Part shown: positions 12,960 through 24,607 of the stretch, piece by piece
How the letters are laid out: each line of letters starts with the position of its first letter
How positions within the stretch are numbered: position 1 is the first letter of the stretch
Source: Lama glama
Lineage: Eukaryota
Assembly: GCA_028534125.1 (NCBI GenBank)
Contig: CM052816.1
Coordinates: forward strand, 71,116,001-71,180,000
Length of the DNA: 64,000 nt
Reading direction: 5' to 3'
Translations under genes and position numbers: made by a program
The notes under the pieces: generated by a model
What the model saw: the letters and a program-made list of their open reading frames with translations, nothing else
What the model was told of the DNA's origin: nothing
The model's database searches: none

Positions 12960-14010
12960 ATCATTTATTGTCAGCTTAAACATTTCCAGAGATGAAAATC
13001 TTATTATTTTCCATACCACTTATTTGACTTTTGTACTGAATGGATTGTTTTAAGGTTATTTTTTATTACTGTTTTTATTTTTTTCATAAGAGGCAATAGA
13101 ATTTCAATACAGATCTGTTAACAGGTTCTGGTGTGATGTATTTTGGAGAGATTTTCTCTTCTGATTCCTTTGTTTCTTTGGTATACTCTAGTCAATGCCA
13201 ATCTGAAAAAAAGATCTAATTAGTGTAATGCACACAAACAAAAAGGAATTACCTCTTTTCTTCTGAAAGTTTTGTATATGAAGTCTCAATCCTAAATCTA
13301 CTTTAGTTCTACTTCTTTGATTTTAATAGATGTTTTACACTATTAGCTGGCGTTGAACTTGTATCCACCTAAACACTTAGCGATCTTTTACATAAACTAC
13401 TTGTAAGCCAGGTTTGAGGACTACTTTTTTGCTGTTGGTTTTTTATTTACTCCTAGTAGACATTTACACGATTAATATATATTGAAATAATGATCAACTA
13501 ACCTCTGCCTATCCTTTATAATCCCCATTCATGCCCCTAGTCTCATTATTAGCACTTGGCTGTTTCTCAGATTTATAAAACTCTCAAGAGCTTTTTAGAT
13601 ACAAAATCTGTCATCAAGTATGTTTATAATCTAATTTTGAATAAAATCTGATAAGCTGCACCTTTTTAGACATATGGAAGTCACTGATTAGGTGTTGACA
13701 AAGTGGGTCCAGGTCTCAAAGTGGAAATCACTTGAGACCACTCTCCCAAGTGAGAGGGATTCATTAATCAGGACAAAATGGGCACTGCTTTTCAATAAGC
13801 TTCAAATTCACAATCTATACTATTAATCACCTATTTTCTCCATTTTTCTATAGTTAAAAGTAATATCATGAGGTACTCAGTCATTTGACTTGCTGAGATG
13901 AAAATACATGCACTTTACACCATTCCTTAGATGTGCAAGATTAGTAAAGTTACTATAAATAAAGAGAATGAGATTTGGCTAGACTTGATGTTAATGAATT
14001 TCTGTTAGAG
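12960..14010 (-). mobile_element. L3/CR1 LINE, reverse-transcriptase region relic
   Basis: aagtcactgattaggtgttgac...cacttgagaccactctcccaag...cctattttctccatt...atatcatgag...cttgctgagat...gagaatgagatt matches the antisense L3 RT core as I recall it. Confidence 0.7.
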
Positions 14011-17000
14011 ATCCAACTCACTAATTCTTTCAGACAACCTTAGCAATGTGTAGAATTTACCTCGTTAATATTCAGAGAGGGAGAGAGGAATCTCTCGGTT
14101 CTTCTACTATAGTTCCAAAACATTACCGTTTTTAAAAATTATTGATATTGGTTTCACAATAATATTCGCAGACTCTCAAAATTCTAGAGCTTGAAACCCT
14201 AGATCTGGCAGTTCCATCCCAGCATGAATTTATTAAAAATGTTTGCTTCACCCCTTGTAAAAGAAGCCAAAACATGTTGACAAAATCCCTCCTTTTTAAC
14301 GAGTGGAAGTTTTTCTCTCTGTCAAAGAATAATTTCAATTTTATCTGAAAATCATGTGTCCTATTCCTTCTTACTTCATACCCCAGTAAATATATGCAAA
14401 CCTAGACTGTCAAACTTCCTTTGTTAAATGAGATGTTCTAAAACCATTAGCCCATGACACTAAAGTATAAAGACATTGTTAGTCTATGAGCCTTTTAATA
14501 TTTTCTTGGTCCCTGATTTAGGAAAATATAGAAAAGACATCTGAATCGGGTAGAAGCTAACACCAGATTTGATAAAACAGATAATTAAAAATGTAGCTTA
14601 CCTATGGTTTACCTGATTGTGACCAAATTCAACCACTACTGAAACATAATGACTGAACGCATACCTTACTACTTTATAGCTTACAAGAAATTCTAGGTTA
14701 TTAATGAAATATAGAAATGAACTGCAGTTAAGTCAGGTGGAAGGGACATGAGAGTCCTTCACAACTTGTTGCTTTGTTCATAAATAGCAATGATTGATTT
14801 TAGGCTCCAACAGACAGGGAAGAAGGGAAAACTAGAATCAAAGGATGTATTCCTAACTCTATCTCTACCACTGAAGCATAAAGTCAAATGTGTCATGCTA
14901 AGATCCCAGTCACTTTGTTTTCAAAATGAGAGATAAGAGCTTCTTTTTATCTCTAAGATTTGATAATTCTAAGTTCTCAGCTGTCTTCACATTTAGTTTT
15001 CTGATCTGTTTGTTGGATTATATTGACTCTCTGAATAATAATTTTAAAAATAGCTGGTTAAATATCACGTATAAAAACATCAATACATCCTGTTCCTGAC
15101 TTCTTTTTTTTTTTCTTCCGTATTTGACCACTACATATCTGAACTGATGAACTGAATCTAATCTGTGGTGCCTAACACATTCTTGCAATGACTAATCTTT
15201 ATCAATCACCAAAGTTTGTTGTGCTAACTTTGAAATAGCTGTTGATAGTGTAGTTATTTCATCCAATTGTAACAAAAAGAATTTAATGAGTGTTTGAAGT
15301 GTGTGTGATTATGCTATTTGAAAATGATACATTTTCCAAGATAAGGATTAAATACAAATCAAAGGAAGTCAACATTTCATTATGAATAGAAGTGATTATA
15401 TGTGATCGGCAAACTTTGAAGCCTTCTGCACTGGCATACTGAATAATCAACACTGTTGTTTTGTCATTATCAGTAGGATAGCACTTTTGTAGCTTTTGAA
15501 ATGCCTGCTGTTTGCATAGTTAAAGGTAAAGAGGAAAGTTTGTTTTCCCACTAACACTTCATTGATTGTTTGCTCTTCATTGATAGTTTGTGACACTTTA
15601 TCTCCCTGGCCGCTGGACTTTTTGCCTGGCTTATATGGAGTGTTTTCATTAGAACCTAATTGATCTTGCAATTGATGAACTCAGTGCTAGTATGTCTCTT
15701 ATAAACTATTTCCTACATGGACCTTCTTTCTCCTGGTGGTTATCAGAATAATTGGCTCAGGACTTAAATGGAGCGTATCGAAAAAGTAAAGTTACTGTGA
15801 ACCGGTTCCGATGTGGTATTTATTTCTTATCTAAAGCAAAGATTTCCTACATCACTCCTTGCCAAGTCTTACCTCACAAAAGTTGATTATCAAAAGAAGT
15901 GACGAATGTTTATGTAATTCGTTTTAGATATTAAACAATGGCTTTACAGAATGGGAGACAATCTTAAAGCATGCACTCTAAAAACAGTCTTATGAACACT
16001 CTGATGAGATTTAGTTTAATGTTTTTCATTAGGTAAACTATAAAGTTTCCTTCTATGACTCTAACTCTTAACTCTATTTTGTGTGTGTCTGTGTGTTTAT
16101 TTTCTATGTCTGGACTTTTCCTCAGTGACTTTACAGTCTTTAGACAGTATTTTTGGCTCTTTATGAAAAAATGTTTTTTAAGTCAAAATTACAACTTGAT
16201 ATAGGCAGTAGTTCTTTTTTCAAACTCAGTATACCTACTGCCCTATTGTAAGAAAAATACAGCATGTTTGACTTTCCATAAGAAAACCCCAAGACTTAAT
16301 GAGCTAAAGAAAGTCCTAAGTGAAATCCGCTGGCCTATTATTTTGTTGTCCATGGGATTTAATAACCATGTGGAAAGCATTGTTCAGCGTACTAGAGGGT
16401 GGCCCCTTCAGGTGAAATCTTAAATGTGCCAGGAAAGCAGGATGAGAAACTCCTCTCTCCATTCAGTCTTAATCTCTTTCTTTCAGGGCACTAAATTCAT
16501 AGCTTCAAGTTGAAGAAATTAAAAATTCAATTAAATACATATTTCTAAGTGGACACACTTGCTTTGAATGGAACAGCATCTTTGAATTATAATCAGTGTT
16601 CAGAAATATTATTCATCAGATATAGCTATTGCCATTTTCTAGAAGTTATTTAGCATGTTTGAAATTAGAAAATTTAATATGGACTCCAGAGATCAAAGGA
16701 CCAATAGTTAAAAGCTGAATGCAAATATCTTCATGTAATTTTCTATTATTCTGTTATATCAAGGATAAAAGACTGTCTAGAATGTTATGTCCAGAGATGG
16801 TATCCTTTTATCATTTCTATATTTTAAAACTTTCCCCATGAACTAATTGTTCTGTAATGCTTTGACTTTATTATTCATTTTAAATCAAAGTACCTGATAC
16901 ATAATTCTTTCATAAAATTCTTCATTATAGGAAAACATCCTTCATTTCTAACATCAAAAATTATGTTAAAACTAGCTGACCATAATCTTTATCTTGGCAT

Positions 17001-19679
17001 CTGAAGTAAATATATATCCACGAAGAAAAAATACTCAGAAAAACCTAAAGAAGTCCTAAAGCTATCTTTTAGCATCTTAGACATGAAACAGCTTTTCATA
17101 AAATATATCATATTTGAAACCGTGTGTGTAGGTTATGTTTTTCAATGATATAAATTAAATGTAGTCATCCCATAATTAAGTATAAAGCAAACTAACAAAT
17201 AAAAAAGTGTTAACATTAAAATTGTCTAAAGGTTATGTTCTCAGAGCTGATAGCATAAATTATACTAAGGTTTTCAGGTACTTGGATGAACAAACAACAT
17301 TCTGAATTATATCTTCAATCAATCAATCACCTCCATCTGGGAGATTGAAAATTCCAGCTTTCATCATGCCCTGTCAAGTGATTTGGTATATTGAAAAACC
17401 TAAAGTAGATATACTACAAAGCCAACACCTGAAATGCAGAGAACTCAGTCATTGAGATGATCAAAAATTACAATTGATCTTTGAATTTTTTGCAGACAAT
17501 AGTTATCTCCTATGTTTAAATTACTAGCCTTTAGCATATTCCTTAGGATTTGCTAGGTTTTCAGTGGTCAGTACGTATTTTTGTTTGCTTTTGTTGAATT
17601 AGTGGTTGATGCTCATAAAGCAATAATATGAAAGCAGACTGAAAAGAGGAGATAGAGTACACAAAATTTCTTTGAGCTTGTAGCTGATTTAATTAGGTGC
17701 AGTAGGCTATACTTTAAGACTTGACTAAGTGTCCAATGCATATTTCTCTACTTCCTGAGAGTCACAAATGTTTATTACATTTTTGAACAATAATGAGGGG
17801 ATAACTCTGCTTAATTTTTAGTTACAAAGAGATCTGCATCATCTTGTGGATTAGTTTTCAGTGACATCAAATGTTGTCATCAGCCAGTCTTACAAAAATG
17901 AGCTGTAAGTCACAATGTGTTATTCACTTACAAATTAATTTTTTTGATTCTTGAGTATTCAGATATCCTAAAAAGATATGATTTATGACATTTTCTTACT
18001 TCATGCACAAGCAATAGAGATGTCCTTTAGCTAGGAAGAAAGGAGTACTATAAAAGTTATTTAGGCAAACATTTTTTGAAAAAAGTTAAAGAATAGAGAT
18101 TTATCTTTAATATTTATAATTTTAAAATTTCTACACTTTAATAGATTCTTCTCTATCTTAACTCTTAAGGAATTTTTTTACAGAAGTTTCTTGATTATGT
18201 AATAAAGAGAAAATAAGATTTATTATTTTTAGCTTTCTTAAACATTTTTGGTCTTTAAGAACTTTGGTTATTAACATATACATCTCCAAAATATGATTTA
18301 CTTTAAACAATAGCTAAACCATTTATTTTTTTAAGTAAATGCATTGTACTCTAAAAGTGAATATTATCTGTTCAGTGAACAATAAATAAACTATGTAGAG
18401 AACATCCTAAGTATATATACTATATATATTGGAATGTCCTGGATATACATATATAATAAAAACTATACCCACAATGTGAACTTGAGCACATAAAAACTAA
18501 TCTGTACATTGGAAGGACAGAGACAATCAACAGATTTCAGCTTGTACAGGAGAATATTTTTAATGAGCACTGCTCTAATACTTCCCAAACTCTGACTCAG
18601 AGTTAAACAAGGATGAAATTTAATTAGTGCTAGATAATTTTTGGACCTTCACAAATGTAGTGTGATAATAATGTCATCTTTGACCTTCTCCATGATTATA
18701 CTGTGTGAAAAATACCTAGAAAACCAAAAGAAAGAAATACATTTTAATGAGAAATTTATTTTATGAACCTGCTCCACAATACACAAGTAACATACGGCCA
18801 CTGGTACAGTAACAATAAAAGCATCGTGAGCAATGTGTAGAGACCAAGCAGTCTTGCTTAATCTTTACTAAGATACGAAATACTGATATCAGAGCTTCAC
18901 CGTAACAGTGGTGGGAGAGTACAGTGTCAGGAGGAGAGAGGTCTTCAGTAAGGTGCATCTGAGTTCAAATATAGCTTGTTTTAAATAGTTGTCATACTTG
19001 GGCTCCATTTCTTGTATCATTGTTGCTCCCAAATTGTGGGGATTATTACAGAGAGTGAGTCAATTTCAGGTTCCCCAACTCTCAACTTTCATCTTTCAAA
19101 ATTTTTTCAAATTCTCTGAGAGATTTGCTCACAAGAGGTAATTTTTTTCCTAAAAGAATACACTCTCAGATCTGGGAGAGATCTCAGCTAACATATTGAC
19201 TCACACCTTCAGTGAGAGGAGGAGGAAAATCAGCCCAGAACTGTTCGTAAATTTTAAGGACGATGCAGGGAAGCAGTCAAACACCTTGAAACAGAGTGGT
19301 TACCGACATCTTACTTCAGGTGCATTTTTCCCCTCACAATGCCAAACGTGTATCCTGCGCCGCATTAGATACTCAAACAATCTCATTTGCGAAAAGTTAA
19401 AATGAAGATTTTGTTTAAATGAATAACCTTCTCCTTCTTGCCTTTTCACTGTAAACTGCTTATTTTCCTGCATATCAGACTGAGGCCTCAAGGTCTAGCT
19501 AGGCTGTCTCTTCTCAAAGATGAAACAATTCTGACATCAGAATTTACATGAACTCTTATTGAACATTTCTTAAATGTAATACCTTTTTTCAGAATTTAGG
19601 TGATTTTTTAAGTACCAGTTAATTTTTTTTTGAAAATTAAGGTAACATTTTATAATAGAATTGAGCAATTAAAAAAATT

Positions 19680-20870
19680 AATGGACTTTTTTATTGAGCA
19701 GTTTGAACTTTACAAAGAAATTGCATAGGAAGTACAAAAACCATATGTTCACTCTCCACCCCTCTCATCATAGTTTCCTTGCATTGGCACATTTGTTATA
19801 ATTGATGAACCAATATTGATACATTTTTAACTTAAAGTCCAGTGTTCACATTAGAGCTCACCATTTGTATTGTACAGTTCTATGGATTTCTTCAAATGCA
19901 TGATGTCGTACATCCACTATTAACATACCATAGTCTCATATAAAATAGTTTCAAATCCCTGAAACTTCCCTGTGCTCCACAACCTTCTCCTCAACCCCTG
20001 GGAATCATTGATCATTTTACTATCTCTATAGCTTGCATTTTCTAAGATACATAGGTGAAAACATAGAGTACCCAGTCTCTTCAGACCAGCTCATTTCAAA
20101 TAGCAGTAAGAATAGCATTTAAGGGTCTTCCATGTCTTCTTGTGGCTTGATCACTCATTTGTTTTTATTGCCCAGTAATTTGCCATGTTGTGGATATACC
20201 ATGTATTTTATCCATTCACACACTGAAGGCTAGCCTGGTTACTTTCTGATTTTATTATGAATAAAGCTATTATAAACATTTGTGTGCGAGTTTTTGTGTG
20301 GACATACGTTTTCAATTCCTTTGGGTAAATACTTAGGAAGGCAAGTGCTAGATAGTATGTTAAGACTATGTTTAGCTTTATTAAGAAACTGACAATATTT
20401 TTTTCATAGTCTGTCCCATTTTGCATTTCCACCAGCAGTGAGTGAAGCTTTTTGCTGCTCCACATCCTCACCAGCATTTGGTGTTGTCCATGTTTTGGAT
20501 TTTAGTCATTCTAGTAGTATGCAGTGGTATCTCTTATTGTTTTACTTTGCAATTCCTTAATGACATATAATGTTAACCATCTTTTCATATGTTTACTTGC
20601 CATCTGTACATCTTCTTTTATAAGGGATTTTTTCAGACACCAAAACAAAAATGTGCTCCATGAAAAAAAATGAAGTTAGACTTCATTAAAATTAAACACT
20701 TCTGCTTTGTGAAAAAGTACTATTAAGAGAATGAAAATATAAGTTCCTAATTAGGAGAAAAATTGGCAAGACACATATCTGATAAAAAGAGTTCTATCTA
20801 AAATATAGAAAGAACTCTTAAAACTCACAATAGGGAAACAACCTGATTAAAAAGTAGGTAAAACATGTGA
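19680..20870 (-). mobile_element. L1MC1-like 3' fragment with 5' inversion (19680-20638 antisense, 20639-20870 inverted)
   Basis: 3'UTR motifs attgatgaaccaatattgatacat and aagtccagtgttcacattag. ORF 20208..20477 resembles the ORF2p C-terminus (LSIYPKELKTYVHTKTRTQMFIIALFII). Strand switches at ~20638. Confidence 0.85.
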
Positions 20871-21149
20871 GCAATCAGTTTTTTGAATAGCAGTAAGCAT
20901 TCCATACTCATGAATGTAAAATTAATTACAGCACTTCATACAACTACAGATCTACATAGTTTTGTACACTTGTTTATGTTTATCAGTCCTTAATTTTAAA
21001 AAGATTATTTTCAAGCTAATAGAGAATTACATGGATCACTCAGAGCTCATTAACTGGAAAAACAACTTTAACATAGCATTAATGAAAATGAGAAAAATGC
21101 ATTAGTATATATTATTACCAATATAGATTAAGATCAAAAAAATATTGTG

Positions 21150-21530
21150 ATTTTTTATTATTTTTAAATAACAGCTTTATTGATATATAATTTACTTATC
21201 ATAAAATTCACCGTTTTAAAGTGTTTTTTTAGGACAGTCACAGACTTATGCAACATCACCATCTAATTGTAGAACATTTTAATCACTGCCCCAGGAAACC
21301 CATATCCGTTAGCACTCAATCCTCACCTATTTTCCCCTAGTCCCTGACAGCCAATAATATATATTCTGGCTCTATGGATTTGCTTGTTGCAGAAATTCCA
21401 CATAAATAGAATCATACAGCACATGGTCTTTTGTGACTGGCTTCTATCACTTATCATAGTATTTTGATGTTCTTCCATATTGAAACATGTGTAAGTATTT
21501 CATTCCTCCTATTGCCAAATAATTTTGTAT
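21150..21530 (-). mobile_element. L1MB7/8-like 3'UTR fragment
   Basis: aacagctttattgatatataatttac...aaaattcacc...gtcttttgtgactggcttct. Confidence 0.8.
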
Positions 21531-22419
21531 TTTGGTGATTAATCATTGACTTAGAAAACATTTCATATTATCTCATGCAAGGTTTCTATTGAGTACTGAA
21601 TATGTATGGAAGATTCTCTTCAGTCAGCAGTTCATTAAGAAGAAATGGCAATAGATTTTAAAAATGGCAATATTGTTATAAGGGCCAGTGATTTCTTTGA
21701 TGGGATAAAAAGCAGTATTTCTAATATTTTAATATCTCTTCAAGGGTGTGGCAGGTACAGTGCAAGGGTCTAAAGAACCTTCTTTCATACAATTTAAACA
21801 AAGACACTCCCAAGATAAAAGAACACAAAATGTGTAAATATGTATAGTTTTATAGACTATAAACTATTTTCAGCATGACTGGTGAAAATAAAGCTAATTA
21901 TTGCAAAAATGATGGAATCATTTCTTAAAAAATAAAAAATGTGGTAAAAGCATAAACTTATTCAAAATAAATAATTTATAATGTTTTCACAAAGTATTGA
22001 ATTTTTATAAATAATAAATATTAAATATTTTAAGGCTTACATATATAGTTTATTATGTATATACAGTTTTAAGTTTTCTCTAATCTTTAGAGAAAGCTTA
22101 TTAGGAAATCTTATGCACTAACTTAACTTGTCTGAGTAATTTGAGTGCTATTATTCTAAAATACAAGGAATTTTAATATAATACACATACAATTATTTTA
22201 ACAGATTAAAGGCATTTATTTACTGGTCCATACTTATTAAAATAATTTGTTTAATGTATAGAAATTACGTGTTTTCCCTCAGTCTCTATCCACTAATGAC
22301 AAATATAAATTCCAAAGAGAATAAGTTGATTATGAAATCTCCACTAAAACTGGTTTTGGCATTCATAAGTTGCTAAATGATATAGAAATGGAATTTCTTG
22401 AGAACAAATTTATCAGAAA

Positions 22420-22653
22420 CTCTGAGATTTCAAAATTTGTAGATACTGAAAGGCATATGCAGAATAGATAAACAAGATTATACTGTATAGCACAGGGAAA
22501 TACATACAAGATCTTGTGGTAGCTCACAGTGAAAAAAAATGTGACAATGAATATATGTATATTCATGTGTAACTGAAAAATTGTGCTCTACACTGGAATT
22601 TGACACAACATTATAAAATGACTATACCTCAATAAAAAAAAAGTTAAAAAAAA
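22420..22653 (+). mobile_element. Young camelid-type L1 3' end (short 5'-truncated copy)
   Basis: gaatagataaacaagattatactgtatagcacagggaaat...ctggaatttgacacaacatt...tcaataaaaaaaaagttaaaaaaaa; highly similar to 32186-32384. Confidence 0.85.
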
Positions 22654-24119
22654 CTATGTTAATTCTTTCCCAAGGGAACCCTGTCTCAAATCATTTGAAC
22701 ATTGTGTTGATTTGACACCTTTATCTCTTTTTATAGATTTTTAACTGGTGATATTATTGGCTAATGATTCTGAATTATTTTAGGGACTGTACCACTGAGA
22801 AGTCTCTAAGGCTGCTATGTTATATAGCTCCCTTAGTGTGACTTTAACTTGTCCACATTATGGAAATGTGCCATCCTAAATCAATAGATAGCAGATTAAC
22901 CTTTAGCATTTACATTGCTAGTTACAGTTAGTTAGCAACTACTCCTAGTGATCTAGTGTTGAATATTCACCTAATTTTGTATTTGTCCATAATTTTAGCA
23001 TTAAAAAAAACAATCCCGTGATTTGTGCAATAGTACAACAAATCATTAGTGCTTTGCAGATGAAGTGAAAAATGATAATCGTCAGGACTTGGAAATCCAA
23101 TATCTGTATATCACACATTTTATATGGCACTTACAATACTAATTTGCTCCTCTCAGATAAAAGTAGCTTAATTTACTTGTCCTTTACTATCTGGCTTGGA
23201 AAATTATTTTATTGCAAATAATTTAAACAGGAAAAAAGTTCCAAACTAAATATAGGAAATTAATTTCTTATGAAAAACATTCTAAATAGCTTATTGAAAA
23301 TCAATTATTATTATAATAACATTTTCCATAAATCAAAATAGCTCTGAAAACAATAGCAGAAAATAGCCATTGATGCTGAAATTTAAGAACAAGACATTTG
23401 ATGGGAGTGGGAAAAGATGCACTTAGTTCATATCAGAAGAATACTTGATAGATCCATGGACTTCAGAAAAATGTAGCGCAGTCAGTAATAACTCCTGGGC
23501 AATGTACATTCTAAAACATCTAAAAATACATTGAAAGTCAAAAGTCTACAAAAGATTCTAAATTTTATGTCTTGACATTCCTTTATATGTCTAGATTTTT
23601 AAATTACATTCATATTTTCATAGTACCAAATGTTAACTTGGAATCATTTTTTAAATTTGTCTTTCCATTATATTTGTATCAATGATACTTGACTAAATGT
23701 ATATACAGATTTATGTAGTCAGTTAAATGCTGGTAATCTTTGACTTCCACAAAGGAAATTCTTTTGATAACAACTGCCAATCACATTATCTTTCTAGCTC
23801 TGAAATTTCCCAGGCTGAACTCCCCCAAACCAAAATTATGTTATTTGGACAATGGTTGAAGATTGTTTATCAGATTATTTGAATGCACATAGAATTATTC
23901 AATTGCTCTCGATTTTAACTGCTTTGCTTTGTATTCTCATAGGCACAAAACTGTTGTGGATTTTTTTTTTTCATTTACCAGTTCTGCTAGTTCTGTAAAT
24001 ACTTACAAATATCTGAAACTTTGACCTGTATACTACATTCCAAAATGTACAGCCAGAACACAGTTGGCATTTTAATTGACCCTGATATTTTAATTGGCCC
24101 GAGACTTTTTAATATTTAG

Positions 24120-24415
24120 ATCCCACCTGAAGCATCATCATCAGATCAAGGTTCTTCCTTAACCCCCCATTTTAAGTTAATCCCTCCCACATGGTCACTC
24201 TCCATCACATTAACTTGTTGGCATTGTATTCATATCTTTTATAGCGATCTGATATTATTTGTTGATTTATTTGTTATTTGTTGGTCTTTTCCAACAGAGA
24301 GTAACTTACACAAGAGCAATCATCTCTTCTGTCTTGTTCAACATTTTATTCCCAAAACCTAGAACAGTGTGTGACATATAGAAGGAATTCATCAATTAGT
24401 TGTGGCATGAATAAT
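24120..24415 (+). mobile_element. L2a 3' end
   Basis: tctgtcttgttca...cctagaacagtgtgtgacatatag...gcatgaat. Confidence 0.75.
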
Positions 24416-24514
24416 TTTCTCCTCTGACATGTCTATTCACCCCACTACTCAACCCATTTAGCTTCATGAAGATGCTCCTAAACTAACTTCAACTCTAGAT
24501 TTATGTACTACCTA

Positions 24515-24607
24515 TTTGATACAACCTCTGCACTCTTGACATTAGAACCAGGTAAACTGTTGTGGAGTCTGTCCCATCATGCATTGTGTTTAGCAGCATC
24601 CTTGGCT
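24515..24607 (-). mobile_element. MER20 fragment
   Basis: gcactcttgacatt...gcattgtgtttagcagcatccttggc, homologous to the MER20 copy at 35864-36094. Confidence 0.6.

Noticed and set aside
16388..16406. CTCF-like tactagagggtggc
   Set aside because: Lacks the 5' CC and the GGC(A/G) end of the core; too weak to call
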